25,448 nucleotides of DNA, taken from NCBI RefSeq assembly GCF_004365815.1, contig NZ_SODD01000038.1:1-25448 (forward strand). The letters are read 5' to 3'. The notes under the pieces were generated by a model. The model worked only from the letters and a program-made list of their open reading frames with translations, had not been told where the DNA came from and did not search any database. This document shows positions 24,605 through 25,448 of this stretch, one piece after another; within the stretch, counting starts at the first letter, position 1; each line of letters starts with the position of its first letter. The stretch is from Breznakia blatticola. GTDB taxonomy: Bacteria > Bacillota_I > Bacilli_A > Erysipelotrichales > Erysipelotrichaceae. The translations under genes and the position numbers were made by a program.

Positions 24605-24613
24605 ATTATACCA
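24605..24613 (-). promoter_or_regulatory. Extended -10 promoter (TGgTATAAT) immediately upstream of mnmA
   Basis: Minus strand reads TGGTATAAT. Only 9 nt (ATAAGCCGT) separate the -10 hexamer from the mnmA ATG, and no SD is present. Confidence 0.55.
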
Positions 24614-24618
24614 TAAAT

Positions 24619-24654
24619 GAAAAAAAGTACAGTCTAACCTTCTAGAGTGTACTT
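24619..24654 (-). terminator. Rho-independent terminator after the GyrI-like gene
   Basis: Minus strand reads AAGUACA-c-UCUA-gaaggu-UAGA-c-UGUACUU followed by U7, starting 7 nt after the TAA. Confidence 0.7.
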
Positions 24655-24660
24655 GAAATA

Positions 24661-25293
24661 TTATACTTTCTTAATTGGGTGACGAACTACGGTTCGTAAG
24701 TTTTCAGGTTTTGCTTTTCGAGGATCTCCTAAATATATTTCATGATGATGACGCATATCATTAATATCAAGTTCGTATCCCTGTTCTTTCATATAGGCTT
24801 CCATTTTCGCAATTGTCTTAGGTTCATCATCGTATGGTCCAATATGCATACACTGTACACACATTCCTTCATCATAAACAAAGAACTCAACCCTACTAAA
24901 ATCTTTACCTTTCTTTTCGGATGCCGTTTTGATTGCCCAAGCTACATCTTCTTCTTTGATAAAATCAGGAAGACGAATCATAGATATATACTCAAATAAA
25001 TCCTTACGCGTATAATCAAATCCCTTAATGCCTGTTTGCCACCATAATCCTTCTAATGGCGGAACTACATACTTATAATACCCTTCCATTTGATAGTCAC
25101 TCATATAACTCATTTTCAAAGTGTAAGCAATTCCATATAAGGCTTCCAAACATTGACTATACTCACCGTTTGGATCATTAGGATCTCCTTTTCCTCTTAC
25201 TGCAATAAATTGCATTTTGGGTACATTAATGATGGTTGGTTTTTTGGGTGGTGTATATAATTCCTTTTCTGTCTTTTTAAAATCTATACTCAT
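24661..25293 (-). CDS. GyrI-like small-molecule-binding domain protein
   Basis: 210 aa. The N-terminus ...KKTEKELYTPPKKPTIINVPKMQFIAVRGKGDPNDPNGEY...ALYGIAYTLKMS... and the C-terminus ...HHEIYLGDPRK... match the pattern I associate with stand-alone GyrI-like (SOUL/AraC-effector-like) proteins. AAGGAG RBS is present. Confidence 0.75.
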   Translation of the reverse strand: MSIDFKKTEKELYTPPKKPTIINVPKMQFIAVRGKGDPNDPNGEYSQCLEALYGIAYTLKMSYMSDYQMEGYYKYVVPPLEGLWWQTGIKGFDYTRKDLFEYISMIRLPDFIKEEDVAWAIKTASEKKGKDFSRVEFFVYDEGMCVQCMHIGPYDDEPKTIAKMEAYMKEQGYELDINDMRHHHEIYLGDPRKAKPENLRTVVRHPIKKV

Positions 25294-25312
25294 AGTCCAA
25301 CTCCTTTTTTTA

Positions 25313-25321
25313 AGTATATCA
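25313..25321 (-). promoter_or_regulatory. Candidate extended -10 promoter of the GyrI-like gene
   Basis: Minus strand reads TGaTATACT, about 20 nt upstream of the ATG, with the AAGGAG RBS in between. Confidence 0.4.
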
Positions 25322-25340
25322 TATGAATTTTATATAAACA

Positions 25341-25368
25341 CAAAACAAGACATCCGAAATGGATGTCT
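25341..25368 (-). terminator. Terminator of the upstream (off-window) rRNA operon
   Basis: Minus strand reads AGACAUCC-auuuc-GGAUGUCU followed by UGUUUUGUGUUU, beginning about 5 nt after the 5S 3' end. Confidence 0.65.
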
Positions 25369-25372
25369 AATC

Positions 25373-25448
25373 AACTGGCGATTTGCTATTTTCACTTGGG
25401 CAGGCCAAGCTATCGTCGCCGTTAAAGTGCTTAACTTCTGTGTTCGAG
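25373..25448 (-). rRNA. rrf: 5S ribosomal RNA, 3' about two-thirds (truncated by the window edge)
   Basis: The minus strand reads CUCGAACACAGAAGUUAAGCACUUUAACGGCGACGAUAGCUUGGCCUGCCCAAGUGAAAAUAGCAAAUCGCCAGUU. This aligns with the B. subtilis 5S segment CCGAACACGGAAGUUAAGCUCUUCAGCGCCGAUGGUAGU...GCCGCCAAGC. Confidence 0.85.

Noticed and set aside
1-25448. Search for CRISPR arrays, IS/transposase or integrase genes, phage modules, toxin-antitoxin pairs, retron or other defence-system hallmarks, and long direct or inverted repeats
   Set aside because: No spaced repeat arrays are present, and no ORF has recombinase, transposase, nuclease-NTPase or toxin-like motifs. All long ORFs are accounted for by housekeeping or common accessory families except the 251-aa orphan. 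I therefore do not claim a defence or mobile system here.

Overview
Low-GC Bacillota-type chromosomal core region using the standard bacterial code (TGA is used as a stop). I call 28 protein genes, 26 on the minus strand and 2 on the plus strand. I also call an Ala-specific T-box leader upstream of alaS, and the 3' part of a 5S rRNA with its terminator at the right edge, which marks the end of an rRNA operon reading into the window. Gene content is mostly housekeeping. It falls into two blocks syntenic, from memory, with the Bacillus subtilis yqe region (rsmE-mtaB...rpsU) and yrr region (mnmA...recD2...alaS-ireB-ruvX-DUF1292-mltG...greA). Also present are rluB, scpAB, ruvAB, xth and a plus-strand Na/Pi-cotransporter/GNAT pair. 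Several ORF-track entries carry spurious N-terminal extensions, which I trimmed using RBS and homology logic. I found no CRISPR array, transposase, integrase, phage genes, toxin-antitoxin pair or recognisable defence system, so I cannot honestly claim a clear novel system. The features most worth a second look are listed here. (1) An orphan AT-rich 251-aa ORF is translationally coupled inside the conserved rsmE-mtaB operon. (2) A 164-nt AC/GT-repeat intergenic region lies between ruvB and scpA. (3) mnmA has a TGnTATAAT box 9 nt from its ATG and no Shine-Dalgarno sequence, suggesting a leaderless mRNA. (4) A CPBP intramembrane protease is wedged between mnmA and recD2. (5) A Mef-like MFS transporter and a small lipoprotein are inserted between recD2 and the alaS T-box.
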